Part shown: positions 21,900 through 34,451 of the stretch, piece after piece | Position numbering within the stretch: position 1 is the stretch's first letter | Layout of the letters: each line of letters begins with the position of its first letter | Assembly: GCA_030704615.1 (NCBI GenBank) | Contig: CM060734.1 | Coordinates: forward strand, 8,618,001 to 8,682,000 | DNA length: 64,000 nucleotides | Direction: 5' to 3' | Source of the DNA: Takakia lepidozioides | Taxonomy: Eukaryota; Plantae; Bryophyta | Notes under the pieces: generated by a model | Told to the model about the DNA's origin: nothing | The model's input: only the letters and a program-made list of their open reading frames with translations | The model's database searches: none | Position numbers and translations under genes: made by a program

Positions 21900-24540
21900 A
21901 GGACGGCTTGGACTAATTTTGTCTAAACCATATTTTAAATTCATCCATACTGGATGTAATCATGAAAATGGATGAATTCCATTAAAGAATATTCTGTGAT
22001 AGCTGGTATCTTTGGATGATTTTGGTCATGAGAACTAACCCTAATGAAAGCCAGACTATATTTTGGATGCCATCCCTACTGGATGACATCATGATGAAAT
22101 CAGGGAAGTTCTTTACATCTCATTACCTGTTTTTCATCTAATTTGGATGAAATCGCGAAGGTTTGCCCTATCTCTTCCTCCGCCCTTAAACTCTGCACGA
22201 TACTCGTGCGTTTTGATTCTGCTGGAGCTAAGAGATGGTGTCAGAGGGTTCATTTAAACATGAATCTTGTGAATTTGATGGCTATGGAGAAGCTTTATGA
22301 CAGCCTGCAAGTGCTCTGGCAAGATTCCAATACTTTTCGATTCACCTTGGGGTTCCCTCAATGAGGTTGTCTCTTCCCTTGGCGGACAATCTACCCTAAG
22401 CTGTGATTGTTGGTTGATCCGTTCAATGGTCATTAAGATCCAACGCCGCTCTTAAACTTTCAGGAAGTCTCTTCACCTGATAAAATGCTCGTAGAAATCA
22501 GCAAACCGTTGCTTGTTTGTGCTGTCAATTGCCGAGTTCTTGGAACTATGTCGAATCCTCTTCCACAAACCCTTAAGGTTGTGGACTATCTTTGCTTTGC
22601 TTTTGATCTCTTCTTGCTTTTGAACGCATGTTGTACAATGATAACAAGCGTGAGGCCTGATATTCACCTGGGGTTCCACATCTTCACTAACTTCATTGTT
22701 TTTTGATTGCATGTGATGGGTTCAGGTGAGGGCCCTCACTTAATATGATTCATGAAGCTTGCAATTGATTGAAACCTAGCAAGATGAAGTGAAGTCGACT
22801 CAAGCTGTTTCTTCAGGGAGCTGATTCAAATCAGCCCCCATATCTTGATCTTTTTGGCTATGCTTCCAACTCTTTTTGTTGAGCATTAGTGCATTAGATG
22901 AGCTTTATTAGAACACATACTTTTTATTAAAGACTATTGCCTTTGATTTCTGCTACACTACGTGATGGTGCTGGATTTGCTGTTTTACAGCCCAACATGA
23001 GCTTTTGATTTCGGTTTATAGTACTGGTATGATGCTGTGGCTTGAATGATATCAAGCAGCTAAGTAAGAGGACATAGGGAACCCCAACCTTTTGTTTTTA
23101 GGCCATGTATGCTGCCTGATGCAGGCCATTTGGTTTCATGTCCTTCTCTACTTGTTTGTGACCTTGCAAGTACCCTGCTGGAGCAGATACAGATTGCCCC
23201 AAGACCTAAAACGGGCTCTGGGATAGACTGGCTTTATTGCTATGGCATGTACCAAGCAGCACAGTAACCCGAAGGATCTTTTTGAACTCAGACAATATGT
23301 TTAGAGGTATCTTAAGACATCAGGGATTAAGCTCGTACAGACCCTGTATATCTCTCTACACCTCCATGAATGCTTTGTCATATGGTAAACATTTTGCTAG
23401 AGTATATACCTGTTGTACCTGACTGAAGCCAGGGTATGGAACATAATACAATATCTTCTATTGTGTTCCCTATTTACATATTGTTTAGAAATATCTGCAG
23501 ATATACAATGTAACCATAGGTGATGAAATTCAGCAATCTGAAGACTTGCCTCCCTGCTTTGCACAGTGGTAAAGTAGCAACATGTATAACTGGTTGCTAC
23601 TCAACACCTTGTTACCATATCTATACAATGACCCAAGCCTAAACCAGGTCTTGGCGCCAAAAAAACGAGGTATGATGTCATACCACTTACGTGTAAATGT
23701 TGTACAAGGTTGTCTGCTGCTTTGATATGGCCATGAGATTACATAAAAACTAGAATTTCCTTTCCAGACTGTCAATGTAATCATGGGGAGTAAATCTAGC
23801 AAGGTGAACAAGAATTTCTGCTTTGAACTGTTGCTAATGTCACATTTAAAACATACACAGACATGGGATACATTACTGGGTCCCTGTTTGGATGAACATT
23901 AATGTGACTCAAATAGTGAGGCGGATCTTTATGTAGGAGGCCATATGGTGTGCCAGCCATTGGGCTCTAGGCCAAGTATGTTGTTTACTGCAGGCCCTAT
24001 GTTTTTCTGGATTTCTTTTCAGTCTGTGATAATCAGTAATCACTTGCTGCTCAAAACCTTTTGAATCCACTTATACACTGGCCCCAGACTGAAACCAGGT
24101 CTTGGGGCAAAAAACAAGATGTGTGGACATTCCCTTCATGTGTAAATGGTTTAGAAACTGTTTACTGCTCTAATCTGGCCATTATATTATATAAAAATTG
24201 GAACTTCTTCTCCAGTTTATTAATGTGAGCATGGGTGGTAAACTTAGCAAGATAAACATGATCTTCCTGCTATGAACTGTTTCTAATATTCCATCTGAAG
24301 CATACCCTTGATTGGGTCCCTGTCTGTCTGAAGCGGATTTTTATATAATCCCACCCCCCCCACCCAGAGATTTCATGAACCGTGGGATCTGTTATATATC
24401 ATCAGACTGGTTTATGAATGAAGAGTGATTGATAGTGCCTCGTTATGAGGCTGATTTGTCGTAAAAATTGACAAAGACCTTGTTTGGTCTTGTCCATGTC
24501 TCGACAAGACATTTTATCTTCCCTCTCTTCTGTGCTGCTC
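21900..24540. mobile_element. Non-coding module 4 (orientation B)
   Basis: Collinear with module 2: CATCC array at 21940-22155, core at 22570-22745, terminal motif at 24437-24540 ending GTGCTGCTC. It has an internal duplication (23620-23900 vs 24080-24340). Confidence 0.8.
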
Positions 24541-24990
24541 TCTTTTAAGCTCCCGACGAGATAAATTCAAGGTCAGATGGTGGGTTCAGCTGTAATATAT
24601 GTCCAACACCAGATATCCTAAGTTAATCGACTCTATATCTTGGAAACATGACCGCCCTGTCAAACAGGGTAAGCCCTGGGAGAAGAGAGTAGAAGAGATT
24701 CTCAAGGATCTAAATCTGGACCCGCAAGTCTTGACCTTGCTGGATAAACCTGACTTAGAGAGTGTAGTGTCCAAAGCCATGTCTGTTACCAGAAAATTGT
24801 CCGATGAAAATGAAGTTAGGAAGAAAACTTCCCTGAACTTGTTTCCAGTGTGTGACATGGGGGAGGACATCATGGATGCGCTCAAGGGTCTATCCCACTC
24901 TTGGCACCACACCTAAATTTAAACTCAGGGTAGGAAGACTACCTTTGAACTGTAAACAGAAGCAGAGAGGAAAGGGAGAGTGCAATTTCC
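24541..24990 (+). mobile_element. Non-LTR retrotransposon (RTE-X/LINE-like) post-RT C-terminal fragment
   Basis: SRRDKFKVRWW.QL..MSNTRYPK...W..RV..IL...KFKLRVGRLPLN resembles the region between the RT and the terminal zinc finger. Confidence 0.5.
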
Positions 24991-26019
24991 CTGACGTACC
25001 TCTGCTGCTGCGGCTGATGCTTGAAGCGAGCTGCTGCGGTGCTGTCGCGGCTGCCAGCGGCGCGGGTCCCCGCCGCTGCAGGGCGTCTCTCCCCCGCTCA
25101 CCACGGCTCTCTCTCTCTTCAGCTCGTTTAGGTCGCGCCTCTGCGCGGCGTTCCTACCACACAGGGGAGAGAGACATCAGCCCGTGCTTAGGGCAAGAAA
25201 GCAAGAGAGAAAGTGAGGGAGGAGGCGGTGCTTACCTTGGGCGTTGGAGCGGCATTGGGGCAAAATCCTTGGGGCCTTGTGACCACCTCAGCAGCAGGTG
25301 CGTTTCTCCTCCACCCTAACCTCACTCTCTCAACTACCTCTCTCCCAAAGAACAAACGAAAATGGGAGGGGAAAGAGATGCTTCAAGCACTTAGGGGAAA
25401 AAAAAGGCGCGGCGCCTACGTGAGACGCCCGGCCGTCACACGCCTGCGCTCCGCCCTTTTTTTGAAATGTAAAAATGATATTTGCGACGGCCGGCCGTCC
25501 TTGCTTGCGACCCCCGGCCCCATAAATAAATAAATAAACACGTCGCCCCCCGCGACGGCTTTCCGTCGCGGGGTGCGACCCCCAGGTAAAAAATTGAAAA
25601 AACTCGTCGTCAAATGCGACGCGAGGGTGTCGCAGGAGGCGACGGCCGGCCTTTCTGGGTTTAGGGTTTAGGGCCTTTTGGGTTTCTTAGTTTTTATTTT
25701 ATTATTATTATTTTTCATATGGTACTGGGTTAGGGTGTTTGCTTTTCTTTATGGTGCTGGGTTTTGGTTGTGGGTCTTGGGGTTAAGAGGATAAATGGTG
25801 TAATTAGGATTCCCATACCCAAAATGTGGTTCAATCTGATAATCGCAAAGCGCTGGGTCTCAACGAATTTTTCCATGGTGTGGGCATCCTGAAGATAGAA
25901 CGAGAGGAAGGATTTATTGTCTTGGGCTCTAGCACCATAGGGATGCTCCGCCTTTGGTTACCAATTTTGAAAGTCCCGAGGCTGAGGCATAGGGTTTTTT
26001 TGCCAACGGTTTTTGAGAA

Positions 26020-29000
26020 ATGAAAGTGTTGGTGGTGTGTGTTAATTATGATGCGATGGTGAGGAAACATCGACCCGTCTCCCTCGAGGATGGGAAAGTA
26101 GTACCACATATCGATTGTGGCCCTAGAGCGACCATTTTTCATGGCAAGGAGCCACCCATTGCACCTGATCCAATACAGGCTGCCGGACACAATCGTAGAA
26201 GGGACCGGGCCCAAATTTCAGGTGATGCAGAGGATGTTGACACTCCGGGATCGAGTCGGGCGCGCCGCGGGCTGCCCCCTCGCGGGCCACCCCGTCCAAC
26301 CACGTCCACCTTTGACCCCCCTGACAGGATTGAGTGTTGGTGCACTAAGTGTTGGGAACGGATACCGCCGGGCGGCACCAGACCACCGAGGCGGCGACCG
26401 CATGTTGTCGAAAAACATAATAAGAAGAACAAGATTACGGATGCGGCAAAAGTGAGTGTTTTTCCCACCCCTCTCATTAACATTCATTTAAGGTACATTT
26501 AGGTTTATCTAATAATATAGTATGATTGGTAAGCATACATGAATCAAAATTACGACATAAGTATTGATGCGTCGTTCACTACGCACATTGCAACCACGAC
26601 TTGATGCCCAAGCTCGCAATCACATTGCACAAGAGGCATTTTGCGCCGGTCTACTTGCATAATTTGTGCCAGAGCATGTGCCCGATGTGACCAGTTGGTT
26701 CCCCCAGCAGCACGTAGATGAGATGCGTAGGGTCGAGGGGTATCGTAGGTGTCGTAGGCGTTATGGCCGGCGACGAGCAGGCCCACCCCCCACCCCCACC
26801 CCCCCCCCCCCCCCCCCCCCCCCCGTCTGTTTCTTTGCCTGATCCACCTCCGGTAGTACCTGATCCGGACATTGTACCCCCGGTTGTACCTTCGACATTA
26901 CATCCTCAACCACCTCCACCTCCACCTCCACGTGCATGTGCCCCCCGAACCCCTAGGAGGGGTCGGCTTCGCCCTAGGTTTCCTCCCCTTCGGCTTGGGT
27001 GGCCTGAGCCGGATCCTCGCCCCCGATGGGAAGCGCATATGACTATGTTACTGAGGACCGTCCAGCCTCGTTGTTGGGGGAATCATCTCGACCCTCTCAC
27101 CCCCATCCGAGAAAATGTGGAGTTTGAGTATTGGGAGAGACGATATGTTGTGAGAGCCGCTACAGACCCTGCTATGGGTCGGGGTTTATTCACGGTCAAT
27201 GATATTGTGGTTCCTCCTCGGAGAAACAACATGGTGGACTTGTTTCCCTACTACGGTCCATACTACACCTCCGCGGAGTTCCGTACATTACGTCTCGAAG
27301 CCCCATACATCCTACCCTACATTTTGTGTGTCAACGGACAGGATGTACGTAGACGGGGGTTGTCTCCCATTGAGATCAGATTTTGTGATGGTGACCCCGA
27401 CATCTTCGGCAATGTTGCTGGGCTGGTCAATAGTTCTTGTGGTCATCCTAGGAGAACCAATGTAGTATGGGACGAGCGAAGCAATGGGCATGAGAGATTT
27501 TGTGGTCATACGTCAGTATACTGTGAGGGGATGCACATGTTTGTGATGACATGTGCTAGTAGAACTATTACGGCTGGCAGCGAACTATTTGCATCATACG
27601 AGTTCTCCCGGGATGATTGGGACCTCCGATTACAGCGTGAGTGGGATGTGTATGATAGAAATAGGGTTCCTTTGAGACAGGGATCGCGTAGAGGGGCATT
27701 GTAGATATTCTCATGAAGTACTTTGTATACATCCGATTAATCGATTGATGTAAATTTTTTTCTGTTGCTCGTGTGGGTTGCAACTTTGCATATGTGATCT
27801 AAACATACTTATACACATGTGGACCAAATATGAGCTTGAACCAAGTTGATTCAATGGGTCATTCTAGTGTTGAACGCAGCTACGTGTCATAGAGACGGAA
27901 AATTGTGTTTCGCCCAGATGATTTTTTTTTTTATTCCATTTTCAAGCCATATGCTTAATGATAGCATATGCAATGTGCGTGCAAAATTTGGGAGTAAACA
28001 AAAGTCATTTGGACCCATAACCAGATTTTGTTCTCTCATTTGCACTCCAAAGTTGAGTTATCTTCAACTTCATGCACTCTTCATAGAGAGTTCTGCAAAA
28101 GTGACCCTAGAAACACACTTATTTTTTTTCCATTTTTTTTTGGTCCCATTTTTTGCATGGATGTAGTGGTGCAAGGCCCGATGTCACAGAACAAAATAGA
28201 GCTAAAAATAAAATCATTACGCCCCTCAAGACCGCAATCATATATTTTCTAAATGCAAATATTTATTTTAAATTCATTTAAATTCGATTTAAATTCAAAA
28301 TTGGTGCAAGGGTGAGTGCGTCGTTGGGGAGGCAAAAATTTTTTTTTTGTTTTTATCTGCTGGTTCTTTGTACAAGTGTTGCACACATATTTAAGCACAT
28401 GTAGAAAAAAATGAAGCTTGAGCCACATCCGTTTGTTGGGAGCAATGGCATAAGAGGATTTTCTTTCACATTAATAAACAAAAATTGGTTGATAGGGTGA
28501 ATACGTCATTGGGGGGGGGGCAAATGATTTTTGTTTGGGTTTGAAACTTTGCGTGCGTGTACGTTGCGCACATACATGTAATTATTGAATGACATATTTG
28601 ATGAACACACACATTGAAGGTTGTTGTTTGCATTTCGCTTATAATGAAGTGTATGGTTGCAAGGACACATTATAATATATGTCCCTATGTTCATTTGTTC
28701 GTATCAGGACTTTGTCCATCCCTTCCCGGTCCTTTCTTTTGGCACCCCATCCGAAAACAACCCAAGTACATCAGGCGGGAGCCGTGGGTGAGACGCCGCC
28801 CCCACGGTACCGGACGATGACGACGATGACAGTGACAACAACAATGAGCATGGAATTAACCAGGAGGATGTGCAAGCCATGGATGATCTCTTAATGCATC
28901 ATGTGGGCGCTGATGCATCCCATGAAGAGGGAACCCGACCAATCGATGATCCTGAAATGGCCCCCTCAAATGACATGGAGAGGGAGGCGAGAACTCCCTT

Positions 29001-32000
29001 GTACGAAGGGGCGAAAGTGAGTCGACTTTCCACAATTTTACTTTTGCTCAATCTTCAAATTCGATTTGGCATAAGTAATGTTGGGATGTCTGCCATAATG
29101 CGAACTATTGCAGACTATATCCTTGCTTCACACTTGAAACCCAAGATGCCACGGTCGCGGAAAGAGGCGCGCGAAGTCTTGGACTCTGTGGGGATGGGCT
29201 ATAAGATTTTTCATGCATGTCCATGTGATAAAACCCTATACTACGGAGAGGATTCGCATCTCACCAAGTGCCCAAAGTGCAAGAAAGACCGATATCGGGA
29301 TGATGTCCAAGGGAAAAAAGTACCACGCAAGGTATAAACGCCATTCTCCCTCGCATGGAGATTATTATTTTTAATCTTCTCAATGTATGTAAAGTGTATT
29401 CCACAAAGTTTAGGGTTTAGAGAATAGTACTCATGCAAGATCTGATTGTGATTTTGGAAGGAGTGAGTGAGGAGTGGAAGGAGCGACGTTCGGTTTTGAC
29501 CATTCACACCCAAATGAGGGAGATGCTGCATAAAGAGAAAGACATAAGGGTGTTGTATTATGTGTGCTAATGGGATGATTACATGTGGGGGGCGTGGGGT
29601 ATTTCATCCTAGAAAATGCATTACTATCCAATCATTCAGCGATTGAGGGCACAATACCGAAGCCCCGAATTGGCCAGACTCATGAGATGACACGCCTCGC
29701 ATCGGAGCCCCCCGGGAAAGATGTGCGAGCCACAAGATTCACAAGCATGGAGGCATATTGAAGAGATGTGGCCTTTTCTCTTGGAGGACCCACGACATGT
29801 CCACCTCGGATTCTCCTCGGATGGGGTCAACCCATTCTCTGTCCAGTCATGTAGTCATGTGGTGAATTACAACATCCCTCCATATCTTTCAATTAAAAAA
29901 TGCCATATCATGTTGGCTGCCACCAGGTGAGTGTACTCATTTCATGTTTATTATTGCCTTAGACTTTACATTAAACTTCTGATCAATTCGGATGCAAGAT
30001 TGACGAGTGACATAATCATGGAGTAAGATGTGTAATTCATTTTGTAGTATAATTTGCATATTGGTGGAGCATTGAAACAATGATGTGAATGTCTCATAGG
30101 AAAAAAACAAGTGGCAAACATGGATACGTACTTCCGGGCAGTTTTGGGAGAACCGATGGAAGGAGGCCCATGCGGGCACGGACGGTGAAGTGGACATGCC
30201 CGACATGAAACGACTTTCAATCTTCTACGAGTTGCCATATTGGGCGGTACATATTCCACAAAAACACCGTCAATATCCCTATGCATGCATGTGATATTGC
30301 ACATTTGGTATGCGTTGCATTGTCACTTTCACGTAAATTTTTTTTGTGGGTGGGGATATATATAGGACCTGAAGATTTGCCATCTTCTAGATCCCATGCA
30401 TATTGAGAAGAATGTCTGCTCGTCCTTTTTTCGGGTTCTTCATGGCATGCCGACAAAGAAGGGAGTGGCTGCAAAAGGAGATTCTCTCAGTGTTAGAAAG
30501 AAGCTTGAGGAGCAGGGTCGCATGCGCCATCTATGGGCCGAACAAAATGGTATGGACCCAAAGGGTGTTGTACGGTGGAAGTATAGGCGCGCACCTTGGC
30601 AATGGACAAAGGAGGAATACAAGAAAATGATAGCCACCATAAGTGCTGTCCGAACACCAACTGGTTATGGGTCATCCCTCCGTACGAAGTTCAACGAAGA
30701 AGATGGGGTCCATGGTTTGAAGTCTCATGACTACCACAATCTATTGCAAGACATCTTGTCCATTGCAGTACGTGGGACATTGACTCCCAAGGTTCGTGAG
30801 ACAATCTATAGATTGGGAGGCTTGTTTCGGTGGATTTGCTCCAAAGAGTTGGAAGAAGCAGAAGGAGGTGGCGGAGGTAATGTGTATGTTGGAGATGCAC
30901 CTTCTTCCCTCCTTCTTTGACATCTAAGTGCACTTGGTAGTGCACTTAGTGGAAGAGGCTTCGATTGCCGGCCCCGTTCATTCTCGGTGGATGTACTTCC
31001 TTGAGCGTTATATGAAGACTTTGAAAGGATTTGTAAGACAAATGGCGCACCTGGAGGGTAGCATGACGGAGGGGTATACGTTGCAAGAAGCTATGTTCTA
31101 TTGCACGGAGTACATGGCAAGGGTGGATGAGGAAGCCTCTCGCATGTGGAAGGAAGAGGAGGATGCACGAACCAATGACATCGTTTTGCCCAAAAAAATC
31201 GAAGAGGGTAAAATTGCCGACCTTGGTGATTGAGCAAGCGCATGATTTCATACTGAAGAACACCCCATCCATACATGAGTGGGAGACAAGATACAATAAT
31301 CTTGTTCAGCGACGAGAGGAGGAGATGCTTGCATGGAGGCAGAACCATCCAAGGCCGGTTACAAGATGCCCACGACGAGGAGCGGGCCGCCGGAATGTTC
31401 CTTCACAAAATTTGTCCATGGAATTGCAGCCTCTAAGTTCATTCCAACAGTGGCTTCGGACTTCAGTTTATGACGCCGTTGCTCAAGGAGAGGTGGTTTC
31501 AGATTTGGTCAAGACATTGCAAGGGGCCCCTCTCAATTCGCGACCTCATACATGACGGTTTGGGTTTACGGTCGTCATTTCCGCATTTGTGCTCTTGACA
31601 TGAAGCGCAAAACAACCTTTGATTCTGGCTTGTGTGCCACATATTGGCAAGACTCCGTGTGGGGCAAGGGAGATACACGACCTGCTATGACCAAACTTGA
31701 GTACATTGGAGAGCTTGAGAGCATACTCCAACTTCAGTATACAAGGTACTGGCCTCTTCTCTTCAAGGGAAGGTGGTTCCAGCCACATCTTGTGGGGGCC
31801 TCCGCAACACTAGTGCAAGATGATTGTGGTTTCATGCGCGTCAATGTAGATAAGCTCAACCCTACTCATCGTCCCTCCGATGAGCTTTTTTTCACGGACT
31901 TCAGACATGAAGGAAGTTTTCTTCTCCGATGACAAAACAAGAGGGGGAATTGGAAGGTGGTTGTGCATGCTCAGCCAAGAGGAAGACGTAGCTATCATGG

Positions 32001-32316
32001 TCTCGGATCTCCCTGGGGTGAGGCAATTGCGGTGGACGGAGAGACTGGTCATAATGATGCTGATGATGGAGGTTGGGTAGAGGGGGTAGAAGAGGATGAT
32101 GACGCCTCGGACAATGCATCCTGGACCCTATATGATGAAGCTCTAGAAGATACGGATGTTGGAGAAGGAGACGAAGACACGGACAACGAGGTGGAGGATG
32201 ATTCGGAGGTGCCTTTTGAGGGCCGGGCCATTTATGACGATGACTCCGATGACCAAGAAGACTTGCAGCTTGATGATGATGAAGAAGCTCCGGATGATGA
32301 TGTTCAAGTTGATTAG
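26020..32316 (+). pseudogene. CACTA Tnp2/TnpD-like transposase, spliced and decayed
   Basis: Exon 1 has CWCTKC...H (transposase-associated Zn motif) and ends AAA|GTGAGT at 26451. Exon 2 (28708-29331) reads TPLYEG..HACPCD..CPKC..VPRK. Exon 3 from 29613 reads YYPIIQRL..DSQAWRHI..DGVNPF. Then MHIEKNV, LKSHDYH, DUF4218-like MHLVVHL..GPVHSRWMYFLERYM, a DUF4216-like region and an acidic tail. Multiple stops and frameshifts. Confidence 0.9.
26763..27704 (+). CDS. SET-domain protein (putative lysine methyltransferase) with proline-rich N-terminus, inside the CACTA element
   Basis: SET motifs in order: MGRGLFT, PYYG, DG....GNVAGLVNSSC, ASRTITAGSELFASY. Uninterrupted, intronless frame (open from 26718). 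Confidence 0.85.
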   Translation: MAGDEQAHPPPPPPPPPPPPPSVSLPDPPPVVPDPDIVPPVVPSTLHPQPPPPPPPRACAPRTPRRGRLRPRFPPLRLGWPEPDPRPRWEAHMTMLLRTVQPRCWGNHLDPLTPIRENVEFEYWERRYVVRAATDPAMGRGLFTVNDIVVPPRRNNMVDLFPYYGPYYTSAEFRTLRLEAPYILPYILCVNGQDVRRRGLSPIEIRFCDGDPDIFGNVAGLVNSSCGHPRRTNVVWDERSNGHERFCGHTSVYCEGMHMFVMTCASRTITAGSELFASYEFSRDDWDLRLQREWDVYDRNRVPLRQGSRRGAL

Positions 32317-34205
32317 ACACAAAATCAAAGCTACATAACAATTCTCGCACCGAACTGGACCCATCCCTTCGATTGATTGTACATGTACATGCATATTGTA
32401 CTTTATTTATATGATTGATCAAATATGGTTGTGGCTGGTAGTCTTTCAAGAAAGAAGGCAGAGGCAATGAATATGTTGGAGCAACACATACAGATGTGGT
32501 ATCAAGAGAATTATCAAAATGGATGTCACAATCTACAAGGAGGTCCACAACAACAAGCTAAACCATAAAGGAAAACAAACACCCTACCCCAGTACCATAT
32601 GAAAAAAAAAAAAAACTAAGAACCCCAAAGGCTCTAAACCTAAACCTAGAAAGCCCTGCCGTCGCTGCCTGCGACCCCCACGCGTCGCCACCTGCGACGC
32701 GGTTTTTAGGATTTATGAGACCGGGGGTCGCAAACGGTGACGGCCAACCGTCGCCAACTGCGACCTGTTTTTTTTAATGGATTTATGAGGCATGGGGGGT
32801 CGCAAACGGCGACGGCTAGCCGTAGCAAATTGTGACTTGTTTTTTTGTTTTGCAAGAACAGGGCAGCCGGGCAGTTTGCGACGCCCGACCGTTGCAGGGG
32901 CCTTTTGCCCTTCATGCCACCATGCGACGGCCTGGTGTCGCAAGAAAGGGCTGCAATGAAAGAAAGGGCAAGAAAGGGTTTTTTTTTCGGCGTGCGACGA
33001 CCGGTCGTCGCCAGAAAGGGCTGCCTTCTGCCCTTCGCTGAGGGGCAACGCTTGGGCGTCGCACGGAAGGGCTGCCTTTTGCCCTTCATCCGCCCGTGCG
33101 ACGGCCAGGCGTCGCCGCCTGGCCCCGGCGCCAGGTGGCGACCCGCGGGGTTTGGCTGCGACGGCACGACGTCGCAAACACGCTCCGCGGGGTTGGCGTT
33201 GCACGCTCGGCGCCACGCGGGGCGTGGGGGCGCGGCTGGCGTCGTAAACCCCCCCCATTTGCTGTAGTGCCTGGATCGGCGGGATTTATGAGTTGCGGCG
33301 TTCTTCATGCAAGCACGGGCATGGCGAGCTGCTGACACTTTGTATTCTGGAGCAGACATCAGCTTGCGTGCCTTAGTTTTTGGCTGCGATTTATTTTCAT
33401 GTTCCTTAGTTAGTATCCGCTATGGCGGCTGAGTTAGTTTTCCATCCAGGGCTAGTTGATGTTGTCGACTATAGGAGCTGCAGGTGTAGTAATTGCACAG
33501 GCAAGTGGGGCTTGGGTTTCAAGGAAGTTTTTGGTGAGAAGATCCCTCTTCTTCTGGTTAGCGGGAGATAGTGGAGGTGGCTAGGGAGAACCATGACTTT
33601 GGAATTGGGCATGTTGAAGTGAGAGTTTGAGGAAGCACACTGAAGCTCCAGTTTTTGGGAGAAATTGTCATGGCTGGCTAGGATAGTTAGCATTGCAGTG
33701 GTTAGGGTGCATTAGCTGCTCTTCACTGCATTCATGAGAGGCTAGAGAGGGTGCATTGGGGTATTTCTTCATTGCAGTCATGAAAGGTTAGAGGCTTGCA
33801 TGGTGAGGTCATTGATTTGTCCTGATTTCCTTATGTTGCATTCAACATTAGCTCTGGCTTGGCATTACGGGTGCATGATCCAGCCTTAGGCATCTGGAGG
33901 TAAAATGAGAGAGGGCCGGATGGGCATTCATGTAGTTCGACTAGCTGTTTTGAAGGGAAATCTACAAGTACCAGTGGGTGGTTGCTTTCCATGGGATGTA
34001 CCTATCCTGGGGTCACGATTGTATAGGCACTTATGGCATCCGAGCAGTGTGCACGGTGATATTCTCGAGTTACTGATGTCTAAAGACAGATTGACCCCGC
34101 CTCTGTCTTCCTTTCCGCTGCGGCGTGGGTGGGGTGTGTGAACGACTCTGATGTGTTAATGTTTGTCTCTGGGGTGTTTACGTCAGCCCCTTCTTTCACA
34201 CCACA

Positions 34206-34451
34206 ACCACACCGAGCAGCAGAAAATGCAGATGAGGTACCAGACTTATTCCCATGGGGAGCATTGGACGTTACCTCCAATTCCAGACCACAAGTATCTA
34301 TATGATGTGAGGGTCATGCTTCAACGGGATCCACAAACCCGTCTTTGGTTTTCTTTTGCTCTGGAGCACGTAGAAAATGAGAACTTGGACTTTAACCACA
34401 TTTTTCCCAAGGGGCATGGAGCCAGGAAATGGTTGCAATTTTCAAAGGTGA
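34206..34451 (+). mobile_element. Fragment of the Gypsy ORF2 C-terminus
   Basis: Near-identical to the reverse complement of ~7190-7435 (HTEQQKMQMRY..HWTLPP.PDHKYLYDVRVMLQRDPQ). Confidence 0.9.

Larger units (their letters stand above)
25400..33269 (+). mobile_element. CACTA (En/Spm) DNA transposon; right terminus intact, left CACTA terminus not found
   Basis: The right end ...CATTTGCTGTAGTG (reverse complement of CACTACAGCAAATG) finishes at 33269. Dense TGCGAC/GTCGCA subterminal repeats occur at both ends, there is a long inverted repeat (25610-25780 vs 32540-32700), and a Tnp2 gene lies inside. Confidence 0.9.

Noticed and set aside
24360-24412. Possible hammerhead ribozyme on the minus strand (CTGATGA...GAAA), expected near a PLE
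   Set aside because: Stem II does not pair convincingly, and the motif is not conserved at the equivalent position of module 2.
10670-24550. Module pairs as MULE/Sola/Foldback elements with TIRs starting GAG
   Set aside because: No target-site duplication was found around 10680/16564 or 16615/24540 and no DDE transposase is present; kept only as an alternative hypothesis.
26452-26763. SET ORF as an alternatively spliced exon fused to transposase exon 1
   Set aside because: The nearest AG sites (CGTAG at ~26748 and ~26757) are phase 1 while the donor is phase 0, so there is no in-frame join.
32706-33359. Several overlapping 140-217 aa ORFs
   Set aside because: They are GC-rich CACTA subterminal repeats that are open by composition, and the translations are repetitive.
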